From positions 19,349 to 83,348 of the forward strand of contig CAYYUV010000002.1 in assembly GCA_964474405.1 (NCBI GenBank): DNA of 64,000 bases, given 5' to 3'. The stretch is from an uncultured Oscillospiraceae bacterium. GTDB lineage: Bacteria; Bacillota; Clostridia; Christensenellales; CAG-138. Below the pieces are notes generated by a model. It was not told the origin of the DNA. It searched no databases and saw only the letters and a program-made list of their open reading frames with translations. Of this stretch, positions 19,130 through 27,046 are shown one piece after another (the stretch's first letter is position 1; every line of letters begins with the position of its first letter). The position numbers and the translations under genes are program-made.

Positions 19130-19629
19130 CACGGGAGTTGATCCTGCTGCACGCGGCGCGCTATCCGCTGATGGAGCCTCAGGACGCAGTCAAGCTCATC
19201 TACCAGGGCGCGTATGCGGGCGGACACGCCATCGCCTCACCCGAGGCCGCAGCCCGGTATCTGGAGCGGGAATGGGCGGAAACGGAGGCTGGGAGCGGCA
19301 TGCCGCTGCTGGAGCCGGTGGCAGGTTCGCTTTGCCGCATCAACCTTGCCGCCGCCAAGGCGCGCGGTGTGGAGCCCGCGCGGGTGCTTGCCGCGTTTGT
19401 GGACACCGCGTCGCAGCATACGCCGGACGACGCGGCGTTTGCGCGGGGGCTGGAGCTTTTAAAGACGCTGACTTCGGAGGGCGAAATGCCCTTTGACACG
19501 CGGCGTCTTTTCCGTTATCTTATATTATATCAGGACGCGGGCTGTCCCGCCGTGCATCACAGCGAGGCGTACCGCCGCGCGTACCTGCCGCATTATCGGG
19601 TCATCGACGCGAAAGGATGGAAAGATTGA
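19126..19629 (+). CDS. Conserved-looking hypothetical protein (167 aa)
   Basis: Start MTRELILLHAARYPLMEPQDAVKLIYQ overlaps the rfbC stop (ATGA). I recognise no family. Confidence 0.55.
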   Translation: MTRELILLHAARYPLMEPQDAVKLIYQGAYAGGHAIASPEAAARYLEREWAETEAGSGMPLLEPVAGSLCRINLAAAKARGVEPARVLAAFVDTASQHTPDDAAFARGLELLKTLTSEGEMPFDTRRLFRYLILYQDAGCPAVHHSEAYRRAYLPHYRVIDAKGWKD

Positions 19630-21740
19630 CGGTGCATCGCGCAAAACGGATCGGACAAATGCTGCTGACGGCGGCGCTGGTCACGGCGCTCTTGCTGGGC
19701 TGCGGCTGTCAAAAGCGCGGCTCGGGCGAGGCCTACGCGTTCCGTACTAGCGGCAAGGCGTTCGAGCAGTGGACGGACGGCGGCTGGCGTTCGGTGTTTG
19801 TGGACGGCGTCAATCTGGGTGCGGGCAAGCCGGGCTGCTGGCCGGGCGAATTTGGCATCGGCTATGACGAATATCTGCGCTGGTTTGCCGAGATTGCGGA
19901 CATGAACGTGTCCTTTCTCCGCGTGTATGTGTTGCAGTCGCCCGCCTTTTATGAGGCGCTGTACGACCACAACCGCCGCAGCGCGTCGCCGCTGTATCTG
20001 ATCCACGGCGTATACTGCGACGAGGCAATGATCGCGGCGTATTCCGACGCCTACTGCCAGGACGGCGCGTTTGAGAAAAAATTTTGTCAGGACATCGAGA
20101 CGATGGTGCGCGTCATCCACGGCGACGCCGTTGTCGAGCCAAGCCCGGGCTGCGCTTCGGGCGAATATACCCGGGATCTGTCGCCCTATGTGGCGGGGTA
20201 TATCCTGGGCATCGAGTGGGATGCCGATCTGGTCAACGGCACGGATGCGCTGCATCCCGACCGGGCGGAGCACCGGGGGACGTATGTCGAAACGAGCGAC
20301 GGCGCAACGCCGTTTGAGGCTTTCCTCGCGCGCGCGGCGGAGACGGCTGTCCGCACCGACATGGCCTATGGCACCCAGCGCCCCGTCGCCCTGTCCAACT
20401 GGATCACGACCGACCCGCTTTCGCACCCGGCGGAGCCGAATCCCGACATGGAGGATGCCGCCACCGTCGATCCGGAGCATATTCGCGCGACGGATGCGTT
20501 TGGCGCGGGGTTCTTTGCGTCCTACCATGTCTATCCGTACTATCCCGATTTTCTGGGCTATGACGCCGCGCTGGCCGAGGCGGGCGGCGGCGACACCTAT
20601 CTTGGATATCTGATGGCGCTGAACGCCTATCATACCATGCCCGTGCTCGTGGCGGAATACGGCGTGCCCGCTTCACGCGGGCTGACGCATCGCAACACGA
20701 TCAACGGCATGGATCAGGGGCATAACAACGAGCGCGATCAGGCGGCGGACATCATCGCCATGAACCGTGCCATCCGCGCGGCCGGGATGATGGGCGGGCT
20801 GATCTTCTCCTGGCAGGATGAATGGTTCAAGACCGCATGGAACGCCATGGACATCGAGGAGAGCGAGCGGCGGCCGTATTGGTACAACGTCCAGTCGTCG
20901 GAGCAGACCTTCGGCATCCTCGCCTTCGATCCCGGGGAGCAGGTGAGTGCGGCGACTGTGGACGGCGACGCGGCGGAATGGGCAGGGGATGTGCCGGTGA
21001 TCGAAAGCGGCGGGTTTGCGGTCTGCACGCGCGCGGACGCGGCGTATCTGTATGTGCTGGCCACATGGGATCCCGCGGCGTTTGGGCCGGAGCAGGCGGA
21101 TATTTTGCTCCCGCTCGACGTGATTGCGGGGCAGGGCAACCGGAGCTTTTCGGGCGCCAGGTATGACACCGGCGCGGATTTTCTGATCCGCATCGGTGCG
21201 GACGCCGGCGCTGTCACCGTCGATCCGTATTATGACGTGTTCCATTTTCAGTATGCGCATCAGCTTTCGCTGGTCACGACGATCGACAGCCAGCAAAGCA
21301 CGGACTCGGGCACGTTTGTGCCGATCTATCAGGCGCTGTCCAGACAGCTCACGCTGCCCGAGACGGGGGAGACGGTGCCGTTTGACCGGCATGACACCGG
21401 CGCGCTTCGGCGCGGCACGGCCGATCCCGGGGCGGCGGACTACGATTCACTGGCCGACTATGCGCTGGGCGACGGCGTGATGGAGCTGCGCCTGCCGTGG
21501 ATGCTGCTGAATGTGACCGACCCGTCCTCGCGGCTGATCGTGGGCGATCTGTATCAAAACGACGCCGTCGTTTCCGTGCCCGCGGGCGATTTTCGCATCG
21601 GCATCTACCAGGACGGATATCGGGGCGAGGTGACGACCTCCCGCTTTAGCTGGGACGGGTGGGAACAGCCCGCCTATCATGAGCGGCTTAAGGTCTCCTA
21701 TTCCATCCTGGCGGAGTATTTTTCCGGCGTGGCCGAATAG
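19617..21740 (+). CDS. Lipoprotein with glycoside-hydrolase-like (clan GH-A style) TIM-barrel region and a beta-rich C-terminal half
   Basis: Lipobox LLLGC. Motifs NVSFLRVYV, PVLVAEYGVPASRG and GGLIFSWQDEWFK resemble (beta/alpha)8 glycosidase strands. 13-nt overlap with the upstream gene. Confidence 0.6.
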   Translation: MERLTVHRAKRIGQMLLTAALVTALLLGCGCQKRGSGEAYAFRTSGKAFEQWTDGGWRSVFVDGVNLGAGKPGCWPGEFGIGYDEYLRWFAEIADMNVSFLRVYVLQSPAFYEALYDHNRRSASPLYLIHGVYCDEAMIAAYSDAYCQDGAFEKKFCQDIETMVRVIHGDAVVEPSPGCASGEYTRDLSPYVAGYILGIEWDADLVNGTDALHPDRAEHRGTYVETSDGATPFEAFLARAAETAVRTDMAYGTQRPVALSNWITTDPLSHPAEPNPDMEDAATVDPEHIRATDAFGAGFFASYHVYPYYPDFLGYDAALAEAGGGDTYLGYLMALNAYHTMPVLVAEYGVPASRGLTHRNTINGMDQGHNNERDQAADIIAMNRAIRAAGMMGGLIFSWQDEWFKTAWNAMDIEESERRPYWYNVQSSEQTFGILAFDPGEQVSAATVDGDAAEWAGDVPVIESGGFAVCTRADAAYLYVLATWDPAAFGPEQADILLPLDVIAGQGNRSFSGARYDTGADFLIRIGADAGAVTVDPYYDVFHFQYAHQLSLVTTIDSQQSTDSGTFVPIYQALSRQLTLPETGETVPFDRHDTGALRRGTADPGAADYDSLADYALGDGVMELRLPWMLLNVTDPSSRLIVGDLYQNDAVVSVPAGDFRIGIYQDGYRGEVTTSRFSWDGWEQPAYHERLKVSYSILAEYFSGVAE

Positions 21741-21771
21741 GGCTTTTACCGGAGCAAGGGAGGAGAACGGA

Positions 21772-22878
21772 ATGATTCCGTGGATTCAGACGGCGGTGGA
21801 TTGGCTGCTTGTCATCATGGGCTCGCTGTTGGTGCTGTTTACGGCAGGGCTGCTGCTGCTGCATCTGATGACCGGCGTCCGCAACCGCGCAATCGCCGCC
21901 ATGAAGGAGCGGCTGTTGGAGCTGCTGAACGAAAACCTCCGGACGGAGCGGATGCGCCGTCAGCTGGCGTCGCTTGTTGATCCGGCCGGCGAGGTGCAGC
22001 GGCTCAGGGAGATCCGCGGCATTCGCACGCGGCGCGGCATGCTGGTGATCGAGACCCTGATGCCGGACATGAACAAGACGTATCTGGCCGAGCTTAGGAA
22101 GGCCGTGCTCGACCCGTGGTACCTTGGGTTTCTGAAAAAACGGATCAACAGCCGGAGCATGGACGATGTCATTTTGACCATGAAGCTTGCGGGCGATCTG
22201 GGCCTCAACGAGTTTACGGGCGCGATTCTGCGCCAGACCTACCTGCTTGGCGACAACGCCGCCGCCCAGCAGATCGGGCTGCTGTCGCTTTGCCTGCTCG
22301 GCGAAGCGGAGGCCGTTGTGACGATCTGCACCGATCCCGCGTTTGTGCTCAAGGTGTCGTTTCGCACGCTGCTGGAGACGTTTCAAAGCTTTGCGGGCGA
22401 CCGCAAGCGGCTGTATGAACGGCTGATCGACGACGCGTCGGACGCCTATGTGCGCCGCGTCTGCATTAAGCGGATCGGCACCGAGCAGCTGGAGTGCCTT
22501 GCACCGCGCGTGATGCCGTATCTGGAAAACGCATCCATGAACCTGCAAATCGACGCCATACGCACGCTGGGGCAGCTGCGTTTCGCGCAGGCAGGCCAGA
22601 GAATCCTGACATTGGCCGACGACGCCCGCTGGGAGGTGCGCGCCGCCGTGGTGACCGCGCTGTCGGAGATCGACGCGGAACGCTATTTTGACGCGATTTC
22701 GGGCGGCCTGTTTGACCGGGAATGGTGGGTGCGCAGCCGGTCGGCCGAGCAGCTTGCGCGCAGGACGGACGCGGACGAGCTGCTTGCCCGCGTTGGCGCG
22801 AGCGGCGACCGCTATGCGTTTGAGATGCTGCGCTTCGAGATTGGCCGGGCGCGGCTGTGGAAGGGGGCGTCGCTGTGA
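21772..22878 (+). CDS. Membrane-anchored HEAT-repeat protein
   Basis: GGAGGAG RBS. N-terminal TM helix, C-terminal HEAT-like repeats (DDARWEVRAAVVTALSEI, DREWWVRSRSAEQLAR). Confidence 0.7.
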   Translation: MIPWIQTAVDWLLVIMGSLLVLFTAGLLLLHLMTGVRNRAIAAMKERLLELLNENLRTERMRRQLASLVDPAGEVQRLREIRGIRTRRGMLVIETLMPDMNKTYLAELRKAVLDPWYLGFLKKRINSRSMDDVILTMKLAGDLGLNEFTGAILRQTYLLGDNAAAQQIGLLSLCLLGEAEAVVTICTDPAFVLKVSFRTLLETFQSFAGDRKRLYERLIDDASDAYVRRVCIKRIGTEQLECLAPRVMPYLENASMNLQIDAIRTLGQLRFAQAGQRILTLADDARWEVRAAVVTALSEIDAERYFDAISGGLFDREWWVRSRSAEQLARRTDADELLARVGASGDRYAFEMLRFEIGRARLWKGASL

Positions 22879-24281
22879 AAGTCGTTGAGATTGTGCGAGC
22901 CGTCGCGCTCGTGATGAACTATCTTTCGCTGCTATATGTCGTGGTCATCAGCACGATCTATCTTGTCCAGCTGATCGCCGCGTCGATCGGCATGAAGCGT
23001 TATGTCAAATCCCTCCGCTATACCGATTACAGCCGGTTTGCCGAATCGGAGAACATGGTGCCGATCTCGGTGCTGGTTCCGGCGTACAACGAGCGGGAGA
23101 CCATCGTGGACAACGTTAAAAACCTGCTGTCGCTCGATTATCCGGAATATGAGGTCATCGTGATCAACGACGGCTCGAAGGACGACACGTTACAGCTTTT
23201 GATCGATGCGTTTTCGCTGATTCCGTTTGAACAGCCCTATCGCAAGCAGCTGCCGACCGAGTGCGTGCGCACCGTGTACCGCTCGCCGGGGTTTGTGAAT
23301 CTAATCGTGCTGGACAAGGAAAACGGCGGCAAGGCCGACGCGCTGAACGCCGGCATCAACCTGTCCCGTTATCCGGTGTTTGTCTCGATCGACGCCGATT
23401 CCATTTTGGAAAAGGAATCCCTCATCAAGATCGTATTCTCCTTTATGGAGGACCCCACCTGCATCGCCGTCGGCGGCATTGTGCGCATCGGCAGCGGCTG
23501 CCGCATCGTGGAAGGGCAGCTTCGGGAGGTCGGCCTGTCCGGCAATCCGCTGGTGTCGTTGCAGACGACCGAGTATCTGCGCGCCTTTTTGACGGGGCGG
23601 CTGGGCTTCAACATGCTTGGTATGCTGCTCATCATCTCGGGCGCGTTCGGCGCGTTTTCCAAGCAGGCGGTCATCGACGCGGACGGCTATACCCGCGGCT
23701 GCATCGGCGAGGATATGGAGCTGGTGGTGCGCCTGCATGAAAAGATGCGTGAGCAAAAGCGCAAGTATTCCGTCAAATTCCTGCCCGACCCCATCTGCTG
23801 GACCCAGCCGCCGGAGAAGCTGCGCGACCTGAAAAAGCAAAGAAAGCGCTGGCACATCGGGCTGCTGGACAGCCTTTTAAGGCACAAAAAGATGCTGCTT
23901 AACCCGAAATACGGCCGCATCGGCATGGTGTGCCTGCCGTATTATTGGTTCTTTGAGATGCTGGGGCCGCTCCTCGAGACGTTCGGCTATCTGTTTGTGC
24001 TGATATCGTATCTGCTGGGCGTGGTGGATCTGCACTTTACGGTCTCGTTCTTCCTGGTGGCCGTGCTGTATGGCACGATCCTGTCCACCGGCGCGCTGCT
24101 GCTGGAGGAAAACACCTTCCGCAAATATCCGGATATCCGTCAGCTCATCAAGCTGTATTTTTACTCGTTTGTCGATAACTTCGGCTATCGTCAGCTCAAC
24201 ACCATCTATAAGGTGGAGGCCACCTTTACCTTCCGCAAAAACCGCGCTGCCTGGGGCTCGATCAAGCGCAAAAAGTTCTAG
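22857..24281 (+). CDS. Processive family-2 glycosyltransferase (PgaC/IcaA/cellulose-synthase-like polysaccharide synthase)
   Basis: N- and C-terminal TM helices, VPAYNE, NDGSKDDT, DAD, GEDMEL and the processive motif QRKRWHIG (QxxRW). Alternative GTG start at 22875 (GTGA overlap). Confidence 0.85.
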   Translation: MEGGVAVKVVEIVRAVALVMNYLSLLYVVVISTIYLVQLIAASIGMKRYVKSLRYTDYSRFAESENMVPISVLVPAYNERETIVDNVKNLLSLDYPEYEVIVINDGSKDDTLQLLIDAFSLIPFEQPYRKQLPTECVRTVYRSPGFVNLIVLDKENGGKADALNAGINLSRYPVFVSIDADSILEKESLIKIVFSFMEDPTCIAVGGIVRIGSGCRIVEGQLREVGLSGNPLVSLQTTEYLRAFLTGRLGFNMLGMLLIISGAFGAFSKQAVIDADGYTRGCIGEDMELVVRLHEKMREQKRKYSVKFLPDPICWTQPPEKLRDLKKQRKRWHIGLLDSLLRHKKMLLNPKYGRIGMVCLPYYWFFEMLGPLLETFGYLFVLISYLLGVVDLHFTVSFFLVAVLYGTILSTGALLLEENTFRKYPDIRQLIKLYFYSFVDNFGYRQLNTIYKVEATFTFRKNRAAWGSIKRKKF

Positions 24282-24411
24282 CGCCCGGGTCGCGTGCGCC
24301 ATAATGCGGGATTGTGGTGCAAAAAGGGGACAGAAAGAGGATGCGCCCGAATAATATTACACATCCTGTCAAAACGCGCGAATAAGGCGCAACAGATATG
24401 TAACAAAACCG

Positions 24412-24440
24412 TTGACAAGGGCGGTCGCGTGTGATATTTT
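24412..24440 (+). promoter_or_regulatory. Candidate promoter of the riboswitch-led unit
   Basis: TTGACA (24412-24417) with TATTTT/GATATT -10 candidates 15-17 nt downstream, immediately 5' of the aptamer. Confidence 0.5.
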
Positions 24441-24456
24441 GATATCGGATAAGAAG

Positions 24457-24560
24457 AGATATCCCCACGAAAAGGCAAACCCCGTGAAAGCGGGCGGCGC
24501 AAAGCTAAAGGGTCTACGGGCGGAAACGCCTATGGCAGCCAGTTGCCGAAATGGATATGG
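24457..24560 (+). promoter_or_regulatory. c-di-GMP-I (GEMM-I) riboswitch aptamer
   Basis: AAAGGCAAACC-CCGUGAAAGCGGG-CGGCGCAAAGCUAAAGGGUC...GGCAGCCAGUUGCCGA matches the conserved GEMM-I cores, including the GNRA loop. Closing helix AGAUAUCC (24457-24464)/GGAUAU (24553-24558). Confidence 0.8.
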
Positions 24561-24626
24561 TGCGGCGTCCCGCGGGACAGGTCCCTATTTGGGAACCCCG
24601 GATGACACGGTACATTATGCTATGAG

Positions 24627-24657
24627 GCAGCCGGCAAAGGAAAGCGGCTGCTTTCTT
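24627..24657 (+). terminator. Intrinsic terminator (riboswitch expression platform)
   Basis: GCAGCCG (24627-24633), loop, CGGCUGC (24645-24651), followed by UUUCUU. Located 58 nt upstream of the first ORF. Confidence 0.7.
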
Positions 24658-24714
24658 ATGTCGGCGTTCGTGAATCGGTCTCTTCCGAATAAAAACTATC
24701 AGGAGGACGGATTG

Positions 24715-25095
24715 ATGAGCAGAAAGAAAATATTGTACGCGGCAGTGTGTCTGGCGTTGATCGTTGCCATGGTTTTGCCGGCGGTAGCCAGCGCGGAAGT
24801 GGTTCAGAAGCCGCAGAGCGGCGTTACCCAGACCATGCAGTGCTCCAAGCAGGAAACCAAGAGGCTCGAACAGATGGTCAAAAAGACCAATCAGAAGATC
24901 CTGCAGCTGGTAAAAAAGGCGCAAATGACGCCGTGGAACGACGTTGCCGAGCTGATTGCTGAGACGAATGCCTTGATCGCGGATGTGTTTGCGTATGCTG
25001 ATTCGATCGGCGCGGTGCTTGCCTGCGAATATACGGAGTATATCGTGGACGGCCAGTCGGTTTTGATCGATCCCATCCGCATCATCCGGCTGTAA
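24715..25095 (+). CDS. Small secreted protein of unknown function (126 aa)
   Basis: AGGAGG at 24701-24706. Signal peptide MSRKKILYAAVCLALIVAMVLPAVASA with an AxA cleavage site. No recognised domain. Confidence 0.7.
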   Translation: MSRKKILYAAVCLALIVAMVLPAVASAEVVQKPQSGVTQTMQCSKQETKRLEQMVKKTNQKILQLVKKAQMTPWNDVAELIAETNALIADVFAYADSIGAVLACEYTEYIVDGQSVLIDPIRIIRL

Positions 25096-25114
25096 ATCAC
25101 GCAGCGTACCCGAG

Positions 25115-25459
25115 ATGCAGATCATCCCGGCGCATTATCCGTCCGGCAAGGTTGGCCAGATCCTGCATGCAGCGGTATCCAGGATTGTCACCTTGCCGGA
25201 TGTCCGTTGTATCATCCTCTACGGCTCCTATGCCAAGGGAACGCAGACGGATACGAGCGACGTGGATCTTGCCGTTTTTTTCAACACGGAGCGGACGATG
25301 CTTTTGCCGGAGTATCGCGCGCTGACCCGCCTTTGCCGCAGCGCCGAGGTGGACATTCAGGTACAGGCGTTTTCCGCCGCGGAGCTTGCTGAGCCGTGCG
25401 GGATCATTCGTGAAATCGTCGATTACGGGGTCTTGCTCGGCTGTTGCACGGCGGAATAA
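25115..25459 (+). CDS. Minimal nucleotidyltransferase (MNT, Pol-beta superfamily)
   Basis: ILYGSYAKGTQTDTSDVDLAVFF is the GS-x(9-10)-D-x-D NTase motif; 114 aa. No clear SD upstream of the ATG. Confidence 0.75.
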   Translation: MQIIPAHYPSGKVGQILHAAVSRIVTLPDVRCIILYGSYAKGTQTDTSDVDLAVFFNTERTMLLPEYRALTRLCRSAEVDIQVQAFSAAELAEPCGIIREIVDYGVLLGCCTAE

Positions 25460-25483
25460 ATCATCGGAGATAAAGGGGAACGG

Positions 25484-26425
25484 ATGGAGGGCTTGGTCTA
25501 CAACTTTTGCGATCAGCGCGGCGTCTCTGTGGATACGGGCAGCACGGTCTTTGACCTGCTGGCCAAGCAGGGCTCCGTGGAGGTCATGCATCTTACCCTG
25601 AAAAAGAGCGACACCATCTGGCTTTGTCCCGCGGACGACGATTCGGTGATGGAATTTTTCTTTTTGCACAGCGGCGGGTTGGAGATCTCGCTGGATGAGG
25701 GGCCGCTGAAGCTCAAAACGGGTGATTCATTCTATCTCAACGCACTCCGGCACGACGTGCCGGTCAGAGCCGTCGCCGAAACGGAGCTGATCTACGTCAC
25801 CAACAGTCCCATGCTTGCCTCCTCGCAGGAGTTTGAGGCGAGTCTGCGGAAGCTGCTGATGCAGATCAACGAAAAGGATCATTATACCTACCGGCACAGC
25901 GGCGATGTGGTGCATTATGTTCGTGAGCTGTATGACTCGTTCCGGGCGGAATGCGGCAAGGTCTCGCTTGACGAGTTACTGGTGGCGGCGCTGTTTCATG
26001 ACGTCGGCAAGTGCTATGTGCCGGACGAGATCCTGAAAAAACGGGAAAAGCTTGAGCCGGAGGAGATCCGACTGATCCTGCGGCATCCGCGCGACAGCGC
26101 GCGCCTGCTGCGGCCGTACTTTGGCGAACGCGTGGCGGAAATCGCCGCCAATCATCACGAGCGTCTGGACGGCAGCGGCTATCCCAACGGCTTCACCTCG
26201 GACGAGGTCAGCTTTGCCTCACGGCTGCTGGCCGTGGCGGATGTGTTTGACGCAATGACCACCGACCGCGGGTACAACCGTATCAAGAGCGATCTGGAGG
26301 CCGCGGAGGAACTGTTTGCGTTGGATCAGCAGTATGACAGGCGCATTACCGAACGGCTTTTGACGCTAGTTCGGGAAGGAAAACTGGAAAAACCAATGGG
26401 AGGAAACGATGAACCGGCTGGATAA
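25484..26425 (+). CDS. Cupin-domain / HD-GYP-domain phosphodiesterase
   Basis: RBS AAAGGGGAA. N-terminal ~105 aa beta-barrel (cupin-like). C-terminal ALFHDVGK...HHERLDGSGYPNG...VADVFDAMTTDRGY, a full HD-GYP signature. Confidence 0.85.
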   Translation: MEGLVYNFCDQRGVSVDTGSTVFDLLAKQGSVEVMHLTLKKSDTIWLCPADDDSVMEFFFLHSGGLEISLDEGPLKLKTGDSFYLNALRHDVPVRAVAETELIYVTNSPMLASSQEFEASLRKLLMQINEKDHYTYRHSGDVVHYVRELYDSFRAECGKVSLDELLVAALFHDVGKCYVPDEILKKREKLEPEEIRLILRHPRDSARLLRPYFGERVAEIAANHHERLDGSGYPNGFTSDEVSFASRLLAVADVFDAMTTDRGYNRIKSDLEAAEELFALDQQYDRRITERLLTLVREGKLEKPMGGNDEPAG

Positions 26426-26873
26426 ATACGGATATTGGCTGATGCTCTCCGATTACGATCTCGGAACCATTGACCCGCTCGTGACGGGCAAGCGGTGGGT
26501 GTACGTTGCCTATCTATGCCAACAGGCGATCGAGCGCCAGCTCAAGGGCATGTACGTCTACTATATGGACGACGAACCGCCCAAAACACATAATGTCAAT
26601 TATCTGTTCACCAAGGTCATTTCCTGCCCCGCTTTTTTGGCCGAGGTTGATCAGGTGAGCTTTCGCATGCGAAGCTATGCGTGTGAGGATTTTTTGGCCG
26701 ACGTCATGTTCTATTACCTGTCCGATTATCCTTTCTCCTATCGCAATATCACCAGCCGCTTTATCGACGAGAAGCTGGCGATGGAGCTGGTTAACAAAAC
26801 GCACGAAAATATAGCATGGCTGCGCACCTTTCAGCCGAGCGTACCGATTCCGCAGATACCCGGTCAGGACTGA
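26409..26873 (+). CDS. HEPN-domain protein (partner type of MNT)
   Basis: GGAGG RBS and a 17-nt overlap with the HD-GYP gene. YWLMLSDYDLGT...YVAYLCQQAIERQLKG...PKTHNVNYLF fits the HEPN (KNTase-C-like) helical pattern. Confidence 0.7.
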   Translation: MNRLDKYGYWLMLSDYDLGTIDPLVTGKRWVYVAYLCQQAIERQLKGMYVYYMDDEPPKTHNVNYLFTKVISCPAFLAEVDQVSFRMRSYACEDFLADVMFYYLSDYPFSYRNITSRFIDEKLAMELVNKTHENIAWLRTFQPSVPIPQIPGQD

Positions 26874-26891
26874 TTGGATTGGCCGCACAAG

Positions 26892-26925
26892 ACCGGCGCT
26901 CCGAAGCGGGGCGTCGGTTTTTTCC
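26892..26925 (+). terminator. Intrinsic terminator after the HEPN gene
   Basis: ~12-bp stem ACCGGCGCUCCG/CGGGGCGUCGGU (two G-U pairs) followed by UUUUUU. Confidence 0.75.
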
Positions 26926-27046
26926 GATTTGCCGCAAACGCGGCGTGCGCCCTGAAGGGGCGGAGCGGCTATGGAAAAATGCGTTGGATTGTGGCATAAT
27001 GTCGGTGATGTGGGCATGGCTCACGGGGTAAGGAGGGCAACAAAGC

